A DNA stretch of 64,000 nt from assembly GCA_965116905.1 (NCBI GenBank), contig OZ220732.1:256001-320000 (forward strand), given 5' to 3'. How positions within the stretch are numbered: position 1 is the stretch's first letter; each line of letters opens with the position of its first letter. This DNA is from Longimicrobiales bacterium (lineage in GTDB: Bacteria > Gemmatimonadota > Gemmatimonadetes > Longimicrobiales > Gaopeijiaceae). The notes under the pieces are model-generated. The model was given only the letters and a program-made list of their open reading frames with translations, made no database searches and was not told the origin of the DNA. The translations under genes were made by a program, and so were the position numbers. Shown piece after piece: positions 54,342 through 63,773 of the stretch.

Positions 54342-56471
54342 ATGGCGACACTCAAGCGCGAACTCGGTCTCTTCGACGTGTACGCGATCGCGACCGGCGC
54401 CACGCTGAGTTCCGGCTTCTTCCTGCTGCCCGGTCTCGCGGCCGCGCAGGCCGGAAGCGCAATCCCCTTCGCGTACCTGCTGGCGGGCCTCGTGCTTCTG
54501 CCGGGCATCCTCAGCATGGCGGAGCTGTCGACCGCCATGCCACGGGCCGGCGGCATCTACTATTTCCTCGACCGCAGCATGGGCCAGCGGGTGGGAGCGA
54601 TCGGCGGCTTCGGCACCTGGACCACGCTGACGCTCAAGTCCGCTTTCGCGCTGGTGGGCCTCGGCGCCTACCTGCAGGTCTACTACCCCGAGGCGCCCGC
54701 GGGCCCGATCGCGCTCGCCTTCGCTTCGGCCTTCGCCGCGGTCAACCTCTTCGGCGCCAAGGCGACAAGCGCGGTGCAGCGCGTCCTGACGGTGGTTCTC
54801 CTGGCCATGCTCGGCTGGCTGATCGGCACCGGAGTGACGGCGGTGGACCCACGTGCCTTCGACGGTGCGTTCGACCTCGGCACCTCGCCGTTCTTCGCCA
54901 CCGTGGGACTGGTGATCGTGTCCTACATGGGGCTCACCCACGTGGCGTCGGTCTCGGAAGAGGTGAAGAACCCGGACCGCAACCTCGCGCTGGGCATGCT
55001 GCTGGCATTCGCGACGGTGCTGCTCGTGTATGTGCTGGGCACGTGGGCGATGGTGGGGGCGGTCGGCGTGGAGGCGCTCTCGGTGGGCGAGGGCAACCTG
55101 GCGCCCGCGGCGTCCATGGCCAGAGTGGTCGCGGGCTCCGCCGGAGAGGCCGTCATGACCGTGGCCGCGATCCTCGCCTTCATTTCGGTCGGCAACGCCG
55201 GGGTCCTGTCCGCAAGCCGCTACCCGCTGGCCATGAGCCGCGATCACGTGCTGCCGGCCGCCCTGCGCCGGATCAGCCGCTGGGGCACCCCCTGGGTCGC
55301 CGTCCTCGCTACCGTGGGCCTGATCGTCCTGTGGCTGTCGCTCTTCGACCCGTCCGGCATTGCGAAGCTGGCGAGCGCCTTCCAGCTCATCATGTTTGCG
55401 CTGGCGTGCCTGGCCGTGATCGTCATGCGCGAAAGCGGCCTCGCGCCCTACGACCCCGGCTTCCGCGCTCCGTTCTACCCATGGGTTCAGATCATCGGCA
55501 TCGTCATTCCGCTGCCGCTGATCGTCCAGATGGGCTGGATGGCCACCCTCCTGAGCGTGGTGTTCGTCGCCTTCGGCATCCTCTGGTACAACGTCTACGC
55601 CCGCAACCACGTCCGCCGCGAGGGCGCGATCTACCACGTATTCGAGCGGCTGGGGCAGCAGCGCAACCAGGGGCTGGAGCGTGAACTGCGCCAGATCCTG
55701 AAGGAGAAGGGCGTGCGCGACGCCGACCCCTTCGAGGAACTCATCGCGTCTTCGGATGTTTTGGACTACGAGGGCGCTGTTCCCTTCTCGGAGTTGGTGG
55801 ACCGCGCGTCACAGGCGCTTTCGCGACAGTTGGGGGTGAATGCCACCATCCTCGCGCAGGGACTTCTCGAGGGCGTGGGCACCGGCCTCACGCCGATGTC
55901 CCAGGGCGTCGTCCTGCCGCACCTGCATCTGGACTCCATTCCAGGGCCCCGCATGGTGCTCGCGCGCGTTCGCGACGGGATTGTGATCGACACCGGCGAG
56001 CCCGACGTGGCCCCGGCCGAAGACGAACTCATCCAGGCCGCCTTCTTCCTGGCGAGCCCCGCGGCCGACCACGGCCGCCATCTGCGCACCCTGGCCCAGA
56101 TCGCCGGGCGCGTGGACGACGAGAGCTTCCTGACCGAGTGGCTCGAGGCCGAGGACAACCTGGAGCTGCGCGAGGTCATGCTGCGCGACGAACGCATGCT
56201 CGTGGTGGAGGTGCTGCCCGAGGGGGCGAGCAGCGCTTTGGCGGGGATGACGATCGCGGACATGGCACTGCCCGAGAGCACGCTCGCCGCGATGATCCGC
56301 CGGCGCGGGCAGCTCGTCGTGCCCCACGACGACACCATTGTCGAGCAGGGCGACCGCCTGACGATCCTGGGCTCGCCCCGCGACATCATCGACCTGCGGC
56401 ATCGTTACGACGTGCACGCGACAACCGCGCCGCGCTGGTGGCGTGGCAGGAGGCAGGGGCGAACACAATGA
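54342..56471 (+). CDS. APC amino-acid permease fused to PTS EIIA-like and TrkA_C/RCK_C domains
   Basis: LKRELGL, ELSTAMPRAGG, SEEVKNP, SRYPLAMSRD; GVVLPH; AMIRRRGQLVVPHDDTIVEQGDRLTILG. Confidence 0.9.
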   Translation: MATLKRELGLFDVYAIATGATLSSGFFLLPGLAAAQAGSAIPFAYLLAGLVLLPGILSMAELSTAMPRAGGIYYFLDRSMGQRVGAIGGFGTWTTLTLKSAFALVGLGAYLQVYYPEAPAGPIALAFASAFAAVNLFGAKATSAVQRVLTVVLLAMLGWLIGTGVTAVDPRAFDGAFDLGTSPFFATVGLVIVSYMGLTHVASVSEEVKNPDRNLALGMLLAFATVLLVYVLGTWAMVGAVGVEALSVGEGNLAPAASMARVVAGSAGEAVMTVAAILAFISVGNAGVLSASRYPLAMSRDHVLPAALRRISRWGTPWVAVLATVGLIVLWLSLFDPSGIAKLASAFQLIMFALACLAVIVMRESGLAPYDPGFRAPFYPWVQIIGIVIPLPLIVQMGWMATLLSVVFVAFGILWYNVYARNHVRREGAIYHVFERLGQQRNQGLERELRQILKEKGVRDADPFEELIASSDVLDYEGAVPFSELVDRASQALSRQLGVNATILAQGLLEGVGTGLTPMSQGVVLPHLHLDSIPGPRMVLARVRDGIVIDTGEPDVAPAEDELIQAAFFLASPAADHGRHLRTLAQIAGRVDDESFLTEWLEAEDNLELREVMLRDERMLVVEVLPEGASSALAGMTIADMALPESTLAAMIRRRGQLVVPHDDTIVEQGDRLTILGSPRDIIDLRHRYDVHATTAPRWWRGRRQGRTQ

Positions 56472-57196
56472 GACTCTGGACCGGCACCAGCGGCTTCTCC
56501 TACAAGGAGTGGAAGGGCCCTTTCTACCCCGAAAAGCTGGCGGCCAACAAGATGCTGGCGTACTACTCGCGCCGGCTCAGCAGCGTCGAGATCAACAACA
56601 CCTTCTACCGGCTGCCCCGCGCCGAGCTGCTCGACAAGTGGGCAGCGCAGGTGCCCGACGACTTCGCTTTTGTCCTGAAGGCGAGCCGAAGGATCACCCA
56701 CATGAAGCGCCTCAAGGACGCGGGCGATCCCCTGGAATACCTGGTCACGACCGCGGTCGGGGCTCTCGGACCCCGGCTCGGCCCGATCCTCTTCCAGCTG
56801 CCCCCGTACCTGCGCGCCGATGTCGAGCGCCTCAGCGACTTCCTGGCCCTCCTCTCCGAAGGCGTGGGAGCGCCCGAGGGCTTTCGCGCCGCCTTCGAGT
56901 TCCGCCACGCCAGCTGGTTCAGCGACGAGGTCTACCAGGCGCTGGCCGATCACGGCGCGGCGCTCGTCACCGCCGACACCGGCGAGGGCGAGGCCCCGGT
57001 CGTGGCGACCGCCCCGTTCGGCTACGCGAGACTGCGGCGTCCCGGCTACACCGACGACCAACTGCGCGATTGGGCGGAGGCGCTGCGGCAACCCGAGTGG
57101 AGCGACGTCTTCGCGTTCTTCAAGCACGAGGACGCGGGCGCGGGGCCGAGGATGGCGGCGGGCTTCCGGGAGCTGTGGCAGTCCCTCCACGCTTGA
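56468..57196 (+). CDS. DUF72 family protein
   Basis: GTSGFSYKEWKGPFYP, VEINNTFYR, LFQLPP, EFRHASW, FFKHE. Confidence 0.93.
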   Translation: MRLWTGTSGFSYKEWKGPFYPEKLAANKMLAYYSRRLSSVEINNTFYRLPRAELLDKWAAQVPDDFAFVLKASRRITHMKRLKDAGDPLEYLVTTAVGALGPRLGPILFQLPPYLRADVERLSDFLALLSEGVGAPEGFRAAFEFRHASWFSDEVYQALADHGAALVTADTGEGEAPVVATAPFGYARLRRPGYTDDQLRDWAEALRQPEWSDVFAFFKHEDAGAGPRMAAGFRELWQSLHA

Positions 57197-57287
57197 CACA
57201 CCCGGAACCCGGGACCGAACATCCACCCACGGGTGTACCCCGATACAGCAACACGAACACCCGCCCCTGGCAGCAGGAGCCACCAAT

Positions 57288-58217
57288 ATGATCATCAAGG
57301 TCCGCAAGCCCAGCGATGTCCCGTCCTCCGAGATCACTCCGGAGTCGGTCTACATCAACCGCCGCAAGTTCCTGGGGACTTCGGCAGGAATCGGCGCGGC
57401 AACGTTCCTGGGCGCGGGCAAGGCCCACGCCGCCCCCCAGGACGACGAGCCCAACACCTGGGAAGAGATCACCAGCTACAACAACTTCTACGAGTTCGGG
57501 ACCGGCAAGGGGGATCCCGCGAAGAACGCCCCCGACCGGCTCATCACCGATCCGTGGACCGTGAAGGTGGACGGACTCTGCAACAACCCCGCCGACTACC
57601 ACCTGGAAGACTTCATCAACCCCTCGACCATCGAGGACCGCACCTATCGCCTGCGCTGCGTGGAGGCGTGGTCCATGGTCGTGCCGTGGCGCGGCTTTCC
57701 GCTGGTGGACGTGATCAACCGGGCCGAGCCCACCGCCGCCGCAAGGTACGTCGCCTTCGAGACGCTGTGGGACCCCGAGCAGATGCCCGAGCGCAGCTGG
57801 CGTCCCCGGATCGACTGGCCCTACCGCGAGGGGCTGCGGCTGGACGAGGCCATGCACCCGCTCTCCCTCCTCGTCACCGGCCTCTACGGCAGGGACCTCC
57901 CCGCGCAGAACGGGGCGCCGCTCAGGCTGGCCGTGCCATGGAAGTACGGGTTCAAGAGCATCAAGTCGATCGTGCGCATCACCTTCACCGAGGACCAGCC
58001 GCCCACGACCTGGGCCACCCAGACCCCCCGCGAGTACGGGTTCTACTCCAACGTGAACCCCGACGTCGACCACCCGCGCTGGAGTCAGAAGACCGAAAAG
58101 CGGATCGATAGCAGCAAGCTGTTCGGGTCCCGCCGTATCGACACGCAGTTCCTGAACGGCTACGCCGACGAGGTGGCGCACCTGTACGAAGGGATGGACC
58201 TCCGGAAGAACTTCTGA
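57288..58217 (+). CDS. msrP: Protein-methionine-sulfoxide reductase catalytic subunit MsrP
   Basis: SEITPE, Tat NRRKFL, YNNFYEFG, RLRCVEAWS, PWKYGFKSIKSI, HPRWSQ. Confidence 0.96.
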   Translation: MIIKVRKPSDVPSSEITPESVYINRRKFLGTSAGIGAATFLGAGKAHAAPQDDEPNTWEEITSYNNFYEFGTGKGDPAKNAPDRLITDPWTVKVDGLCNNPADYHLEDFINPSTIEDRTYRLRCVEAWSMVVPWRGFPLVDVINRAEPTAAARYVAFETLWDPEQMPERSWRPRIDWPYREGLRLDEAMHPLSLLVTGLYGRDLPAQNGAPLRLAVPWKYGFKSIKSIVRITFTEDQPPTTWATQTPREYGFYSNVNPDVDHPRWSQKTEKRIDSSKLFGSRRIDTQFLNGYADEVAHLYEGMDLRKNF

Positions 58218-58219
58218 CG

Positions 58220-58861
58220 GTGGAGGCGAAGGAGTCCACGCAATCGCGCCCGCCGCGTGCGCGAAGCCCCGCCAACCCGAAGCGCCGGATCCTCCTCGCC
58301 AAGACTGCGATCTGGATCGTCGGTCTGGCCCCGCCCGTCTGGCTGACCACGGCCCTCTTCCGCCGCACGCTCGGGATCAACCCGATCGAGACGATCATCC
58401 TCGTCGAGGGGCGCTGGACCCTGGTCTTTCTGCTCGCGACGCTGGCCGTGACGCCCATCCGCCGCCTCACCGGCTGGAACCGGATCGTCCAGCTGCGGCG
58501 CCTGCTGGGACTGTTCGCCTTCTTCCACGCGTGCGTCCACTTCCTGTCGTACGTGGGGATCGACCACCTCTTCGCGCTCTCGATCATCGTCGAGGACGTC
58601 CTGGAGCGGCGTTACATCACGGCGGGCTTCACGGCGCTGGTCCTGCTGGTCCCGCTCGCGGTCACCTCCACGAAGGGATGGATCCGGCGCCTGGGCAAAC
58701 GCTGGCAGCGGCTGCACCGTCTATCCTACGTTGCGGCATCGCTGGGCGTCCTCCATTTCTACTGGAAGGTCAAGGCGGACACCTTCTGGCCGCTGGTGGC
58801 GGCGCTGACCCTGGCGGGACTGTTCGCGGTGCGGCTGGTGTACAGGAAGAAGAGACGTTGA
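58220..58861 (+). CDS. msrQ: Protein-methionine-sulfoxide reductase heme subunit MsrQ
   Basis: TLAVTP, RRLLGL, LAVTS, WQRLHRLSY, LHFYW; directly after msrP. Confidence 0.94.
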   Translation: MEAKESTQSRPPRARSPANPKRRILLAKTAIWIVGLAPPVWLTTALFRRTLGINPIETIILVEGRWTLVFLLATLAVTPIRRLTGWNRIVQLRRLLGLFAFFHACVHFLSYVGIDHLFALSIIVEDVLERRYITAGFTALVLLVPLAVTSTKGWIRRLGKRWQRLHRLSYVAASLGVLHFYWKVKADTFWPLVAALTLAGLFAVRLVYRKKRR

Positions 58862-59814
58862 AACGAGGAAGCGCGAAGTTGGCACGTTCGACATGGCCCG
58901 AGCGGGCACGTCCGAGGTGGACCACCGCCGTGCTCTTCGGTGTGCCGCTCGCGGGCGGGATACTGACCGCGATGCTGGCCGCACTTCTGCCCGGAGGCCC
59001 GCCCGCGCCGGACCAGGACGGCCCCACCGAGCCCGAACTCGCCGCACCGGCCCCGGCGGCCCTCCCCCCGCCCCGCACGACCCGCTTCGTCGCCCCGCTG
59101 CCCGCCACCTTGGCCGCGAACGCCACGGTCGCCCTGGGTCCTCCCCAACGTCCCCCACCCGAGTGGCACGAGTTCTACTTCACGCGGGCGGCATACAGCA
59201 GCTACGGATGGGGACGCCGGTCGTGGTCCACCGACTATCCCAAGTCCGACCGCCAGTTCCTGACCGTCCTGCAGCGGCTCACCAACCTGGACGCCTTCAG
59301 CTACGAAAACGCGATCCTGCTAACCGACGAGAACATCCGCCGCTACCCCTTCCTCTACGCCCTCGAAGTGGGGTACATGAGTCTCTCGGCTGGCGAGATC
59401 GAGGGGCTCCGCGACTACCTCAAGGCAGGCGGGTTCCTGGTCATCGACGACTTCTGGGGCACGCGCGAGTGGGCCCAGTTCGAGTATCAGATGAGCCTCG
59501 TGTTTCCGAGTCATCCGATCATCGACCTGGAACTCGATCACCCGGTCTTCAACACCTTCTACGACATCGACGAGATCCTGCAGGTGCCCGCCTACGGGCG
59601 GTACTGGCGCGGCCGGACGAGCGAGCGCGACGGGTACGTGCCCTATGTGAAGGGGATTCTGGACGACGATGGCCGGCTGATGGTCATCATCAACTGGAAT
59701 ACCGACCTGGGCGACGCCTGGGAGTGGGCGGAACGCCCCGACTACCCGGTCCAGTACTCCACCTTCGCGTTCCAGATGGGCGTCAACATGATCATCTACG
59801 CGATGAGTCACTGA
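58858..59814 (+). CDS. DUF4159 domain protein
   Basis: WSTDYP, YPFLY, LRDYLKAGGFLVIDDFWG, NTDLGDAWE, MGVNMIIYAMSH; start uncertain. Confidence 0.88.
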   Translation: MKRGSAKLARSTWPERARPRWTTAVLFGVPLAGGILTAMLAALLPGGPPAPDQDGPTEPELAAPAPAALPPPRTTRFVAPLPATLAANATVALGPPQRPPPEWHEFYFTRAAYSSYGWGRRSWSTDYPKSDRQFLTVLQRLTNLDAFSYENAILLTDENIRRYPFLYALEVGYMSLSAGEIEGLRDYLKAGGFLVIDDFWGTREWAQFEYQMSLVFPSHPIIDLELDHPVFNTFYDIDEILQVPAYGRYWRGRTSERDGYVPYVKGILDDDGRLMVIINWNTDLGDAWEWAERPDYPVQYSTFAFQMGVNMIIYAMSH

Positions 59815-59841
59815 GTGATGAGTCACTGAGCATATGAGTAT

Positions 59842-62166
59842 ATGAGCAGCTTTTTCGAATTCCTCTTCAAATACCGGCCCGTGCTGTACCAGGAGGGCGA
59901 CTTCACCTTCCTGTCGCCGTGGCCGCTGGCGATCGCCGGTGCTCTGGCCGCGCTCCTGGCCGTGCCTGCGGTCCTCAGCTATACCCGCGCCCGCGCCAAG
60001 AGCAGCGCGACCGACCGCTGGGTACTGGGGGCGCTCCGCGGCGCCGCCTTCCTGCTCCTCTTCTTTATCGTGATGCAGCCGGCGCTCGTCCTGACCTCGG
60101 TCGTGCCCCAGCGGAACTTCCTGGCCGTCCTCGTCGACGACTCCCGCAGCATGACCATCGACGACCGCGACGGAACCTCGCGCGCCGACAAGGCTGCCGG
60201 GCTCCTCGACCCCGAAGGCGAGCTCGTCACCGCGCTGCACGACGACTTCGCGCTCCGCTATTTCCGCTTCTCGTCGGCGACCGCGCGGGTGGGGGGCGTG
60301 GACGCGCTCACGTACGACGGCAGCCAGACCCGGATCGGCGACGCGCTCGCCCAGGCCCGCGACGAACTGCAGGGTGTGCCGCTTTCCGGGATCGTGGTGG
60401 TCTCCGACGGAGGCGACAACACCGAAGAGGCCATCGGCGAGGCGCTGCTGCCGCTGCGGGCGGCGTCGGTCCCGGTCTTCACCGTGGGGTTGGGCGACGA
60501 CGAGATGGAGGCCGACGTGCAGACCAGCCGGGCGGACGTGCCGGGTCACGCGCTCACGGGCACGTCAATGGTTGTAAACGTCACGGTCGAGGCCCGGGGC
60601 TACGACGGACGCACGGTGCCGATCATCGTCGAGGACATGGGGCGCATCGTGACCAGCGAGGAGGTCGAGCTTCCCGACGACGGCCAGACCCTGGTCGCCC
60701 CGATCGCGATCACCCTGGAGACCGCCGGCGCGCGCGAGCTGACCTTCCGGATCCCCGGGCAGCCCGGCGAACGGGTGCTGCAGAACAACGAACTGCACAC
60801 GGTCGTCCAGGTGCGCGACCGCACCGAGAAGGTCCTGTACTTCGAGGGCGAGCCCCGCCACGAGGTCGCTTTCACGCTGCGCGCGATCCAGGCCGACGAG
60901 AACCTGCAGGTCGTACTCCTCCAGCGCACCGCCGAAAACAAGTTCTTCCGCCGCAACCTCGACGATCCGCTCGAGCTCGTCGAAGGCTTCCCCACCACCC
61001 GCGAGGAGCTCTACGGCTACCGCGCGCTCATCCTCGGATCCGTCGAGGCCAGCTTCTTCACCCACGACCAGCTCGACATGATCGCCGACTTCGTCTCCTC
61101 CCGGGGCGGCGCCCTGCTCATGCTGGGGGGCCGCCGGGCCTTCACCGAGGGGGGCTACAAGGGCACACCCCTCGAGGACGTCCTCCCGGTCGTGCTCGGC
61201 GAACCCACCGGGACCACGCCCACCGAGCGCCTCGCCTTCGTCAAGGTGGCGCCCACGCCCGCCGGCGCGAACCATCCCGTGACCCGGATCGACGGGTCGG
61301 TGGAGACGTCGGCCGCCCGCTGGGACTCGCTCCCGCCCGTGTCCACGACCAACATCCTGACCGGTTTGAAGGCGGGAGCCACCGAGTTGCTCAGCGGGAC
61401 CGTGGTGGAGGACCCCATGGCCGACGGGGCCGACGCGCAGTTCGCGGCCGACGAGAGCGACCGGGTCGTGATGGCGTTCCAGCGCTACGGCAAGGGGCGC
61501 GCGGTGGTGCTGGCGGTGCAGGACACGTGGCTGTGGCAGATGGACCACACCGTCGCGCTCGAAGACCAGAGCCACGAGAACTTCTGGAAGCAGCTGCTGA
61601 GATGGCTGGTCGCCGAGACCCCCGACCCCGTCGAGGCCGCCCCAACCCGCGAATCCGTCGAGGCCGGCGAGCCGGTGACCTTCGAGGCGACCGTTCTCGA
61701 CGAGGGCTTCGTCGAAGTGAACGGCGCCAGCGTGACCGCGCGCATCACCAATCCCGCCGGAGAGGCGCGCGAGCTGCCCATGGACTGGTCCGTCACCGAG
61801 GACGGCCGCTACAGCGCGACCTTCACCCCCGAAATGGACGGCATCTTCGAGGTGTCGGTGCACGCCGGCCGCGACACCCTGACCCTCGGTGAATCCGAGA
61901 CCGGCATCCGCGTGGCCCCCGGCCTCGAGGAGTTCCGCGACCCGCACCAGCGCCGCAGCCTCATGGAACGGATCGCCGACGAAACCGGCGGCCGCTACTA
62001 CACCCTCGAAACCGCCAACCGCCTGCCCGAGGACCTGCAGTTCACCGGCGGCGGCGTGACCGTCACAGAGGAAAGGGACCTGTGGGACATGCCAATCCTC
62101 TTCCTGTTGTTGGCGGGACTGCTGGGGGCCGAGTGGGGATACCGCCGGAAGCGGGGGATGGCGTGA
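59842..62166 (+). CDS. Membrane-anchored vWA-like / class I glutamine-amidotransferase-like domain protein
   Basis: N-terminal TMs, VLVDDSRSM and SDG (MIDAS-like), KVLYFEGEPR, GGALLMLGG, YGKGR, FWKQLLRWL, EWGYRRKRG tail. Confidence 0.85.
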   Translation: MSSFFEFLFKYRPVLYQEGDFTFLSPWPLAIAGALAALLAVPAVLSYTRARAKSSATDRWVLGALRGAAFLLLFFIVMQPALVLTSVVPQRNFLAVLVDDSRSMTIDDRDGTSRADKAAGLLDPEGELVTALHDDFALRYFRFSSATARVGGVDALTYDGSQTRIGDALAQARDELQGVPLSGIVVVSDGGDNTEEAIGEALLPLRAASVPVFTVGLGDDEMEADVQTSRADVPGHALTGTSMVVNVTVEARGYDGRTVPIIVEDMGRIVTSEEVELPDDGQTLVAPIAITLETAGARELTFRIPGQPGERVLQNNELHTVVQVRDRTEKVLYFEGEPRHEVAFTLRAIQADENLQVVLLQRTAENKFFRRNLDDPLELVEGFPTTREELYGYRALILGSVEASFFTHDQLDMIADFVSSRGGALLMLGGRRAFTEGGYKGTPLEDVLPVVLGEPTGTTPTERLAFVKVAPTPAGANHPVTRIDGSVETSAARWDSLPPVSTTNILTGLKAGATELLSGTVVEDPMADGADAQFAADESDRVVMAFQRYGKGRAVVLAVQDTWLWQMDHTVALEDQSHENFWKQLLRWLVAETPDPVEAAPTRESVEAGEPVTFEATVLDEGFVEVNGASVTARITNPAGEARELPMDWSVTEDGRYSATFTPEMDGIFEVSVHAGRDTLTLGESETGIRVAPGLEEFRDPHQRRSLMERIADETGGRYYTLETANRLPEDLQFTGGGVTVTEERDLWDMPILFLLLAGLLGAEWGYRRKRGMA

Positions 62167-63221
62167 AGGGGGGTGCGGCACACGCGCCGTGGCTGGCCGC
62201 CCTCCTGGCACGCGCTGCCGCCCTGGCACGCGCCGCCGCCCTCCTGGCCCTCGCCGCCCTCCTTCCGCCTGCCCTTCAGGCCCAGGACGCCCGGAACACC
62301 CACGTGCTCCTGATCTCGGGGCTCGGCGGCGATCCCGAATACACCGAGGCGTTTCACGGCTGGCTCAGCCGGTTCGCGGACGCGGCGACGGAGCAGCACG
62401 GCGTACCCGCCGCGAGGATCACGTACCTCGGCGAGACGACCGAACTCGACCCCACTCGGATCCGCGCACGCTCGACGGGTGACAACATCCGGGCGGTCTT
62501 CGCCGAGTTGGGCGGGTCAATGGCCCCGCGGGACGAACTCGTCGTTCTCCTGGCCGGCCACGGGACGTTCCGGGACGGGACCGCACGCTTCAACATCCCC
62601 GGACCGGATCTCACCCCGGACGAGTGGAACGCGATGCTGGCGAGCCTCGGCGACCGGCGGATCACCTTCGTCAACACGGCCAGCGCCTCGGGTCCGTTCA
62701 TCGAAGCGCTCTCGGGCCCGAACCGCACGATCATCACGGCCACGCGCAGCGGCCGCGAACGCAACCTGACCCGCTTCGGACTCCACTTCGTCGACGCGTT
62801 CGCCAACGAGGGCGCCGACGTGGACAGGGACGAGCGCATCTCGATGTTCGAGGCTTTCGGCTACGCCCTCCGCGAGGTCGAGCGCCAGTACGAGGGCGAC
62901 AACCAGTTGCTCACCGAGCACGCGATGCTCGACGACAACGGCGACGGTGAGGGAAGCCGCGAGCTCGACGACTTTGAAGGCGACGGCGCGCTGGCCCGGA
63001 CGGTGTTCCTGGGGTCCATCGGAGGCGCGGCGGGCGAAGCGGTCGGATCACCCGCGCTCAGGGCGCTGTACGAGGAGAAGGCCGAGATCGAGGCGCGGAT
63101 CGCGGAGCTGCGGCGGGTCAAGGCGCAGCTGCCGATCGCGCGCTACGAGGACGAACTGGAAGCGCTGCTCATCGAACTGGCGCTCAAGAACCGGGAGATC
63201 AGGGCGGCGGAGGGGAGCTGA
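62163..63221 (+). CDS. Exported caspase/C13-like fold protein
   Basis: LLISGLGG, LAGHG, NIPGPD, NTASASG, ITATRS, EHAMLDDNGDG, C-terminal coiled coil. Confidence 0.8.
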   Translation: MKGGAAHAPWLAALLARAAALARAAALLALAALLPPALQAQDARNTHVLLISGLGGDPEYTEAFHGWLSRFADAATEQHGVPAARITYLGETTELDPTRIRARSTGDNIRAVFAELGGSMAPRDELVVLLAGHGTFRDGTARFNIPGPDLTPDEWNAMLASLGDRRITFVNTASASGPFIEALSGPNRTIITATRSGRERNLTRFGLHFVDAFANEGADVDRDERISMFEAFGYALREVERQYEGDNQLLTEHAMLDDNGDGEGSRELDDFEGDGALARTVFLGSIGGAAGEAVGSPALRALYEEKAEIEARIAELRRVKAQLPIARYEDELEALLIELALKNREIRAAEGS

Positions 63222-63275
63222 GGGGAAGCTGACGGGTGAGTGCGGACGGCGGACGGTGGGTCGCGGACGGGCTGT

Positions 63276-63345
63276 GGGCGCGGGCGGGCGGGCGCGTCGG
63301 CGGGCGGGCGCGTCCAGCGGGCGGGCGCGTCGGCGGGCGGGCGCC
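63276..63345 (+). repeat. G-rich 16-17 bp tandem repeat x4
   Basis: gcgggcgggcgcgtc(g/ca) repeated; includes GGG-CGC-GGG-C-GGG-C-GGG. Confidence 0.85.
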
Positions 63346-63365
63346 CATACGAGCATGCCTGTGTC

Positions 63366-63703
63366 CCGGGATTTGCCGCGGAAACGTGGGGGGGGCGAGC
63401 CCAGGAGCTGTGGTGCCGTACGCCGATGCCCGGCGCTGGCCTGAGGCGAGGCAGTCGGCCCGCCCGTGCGCATCTCTCCGGCCTCCAACGCCACGCCGCT
63501 GTCCCAAACCACCGAAACACAGGCCGATCCTGCTATAGACGGGTTTTGAAACGGCGGTTTCGGCGAGGTCCGGGACCCGCTGGCGGATGACCCCCAGGAG
63601 CCACCGGCGGCCCGCTGGCGGGCGATCGGGCATCGGCGACCCTTCCACGTCATCCCGACCCGAGATCGTGCGTCCTGGGCCATCACAGAGGGCCGGAAAT
63701 CGG
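63366..63703 (+). ncRNA. Candidate large structured RNA or ssDNA hairpin element upstream of the DUF222 gene
   Basis: At least seven properly nested complementary segments, including a perfect 12-bp pair 63421-63432/63627-63638; no expression evidence. Confidence 0.4.
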
Positions 63704-63773
63704 CCGTTATCTTTCAGGTGCGCGGAAGCACGATTCACATAAGCCGTTGCCGGACTTGAACCTGGAGGATCAC

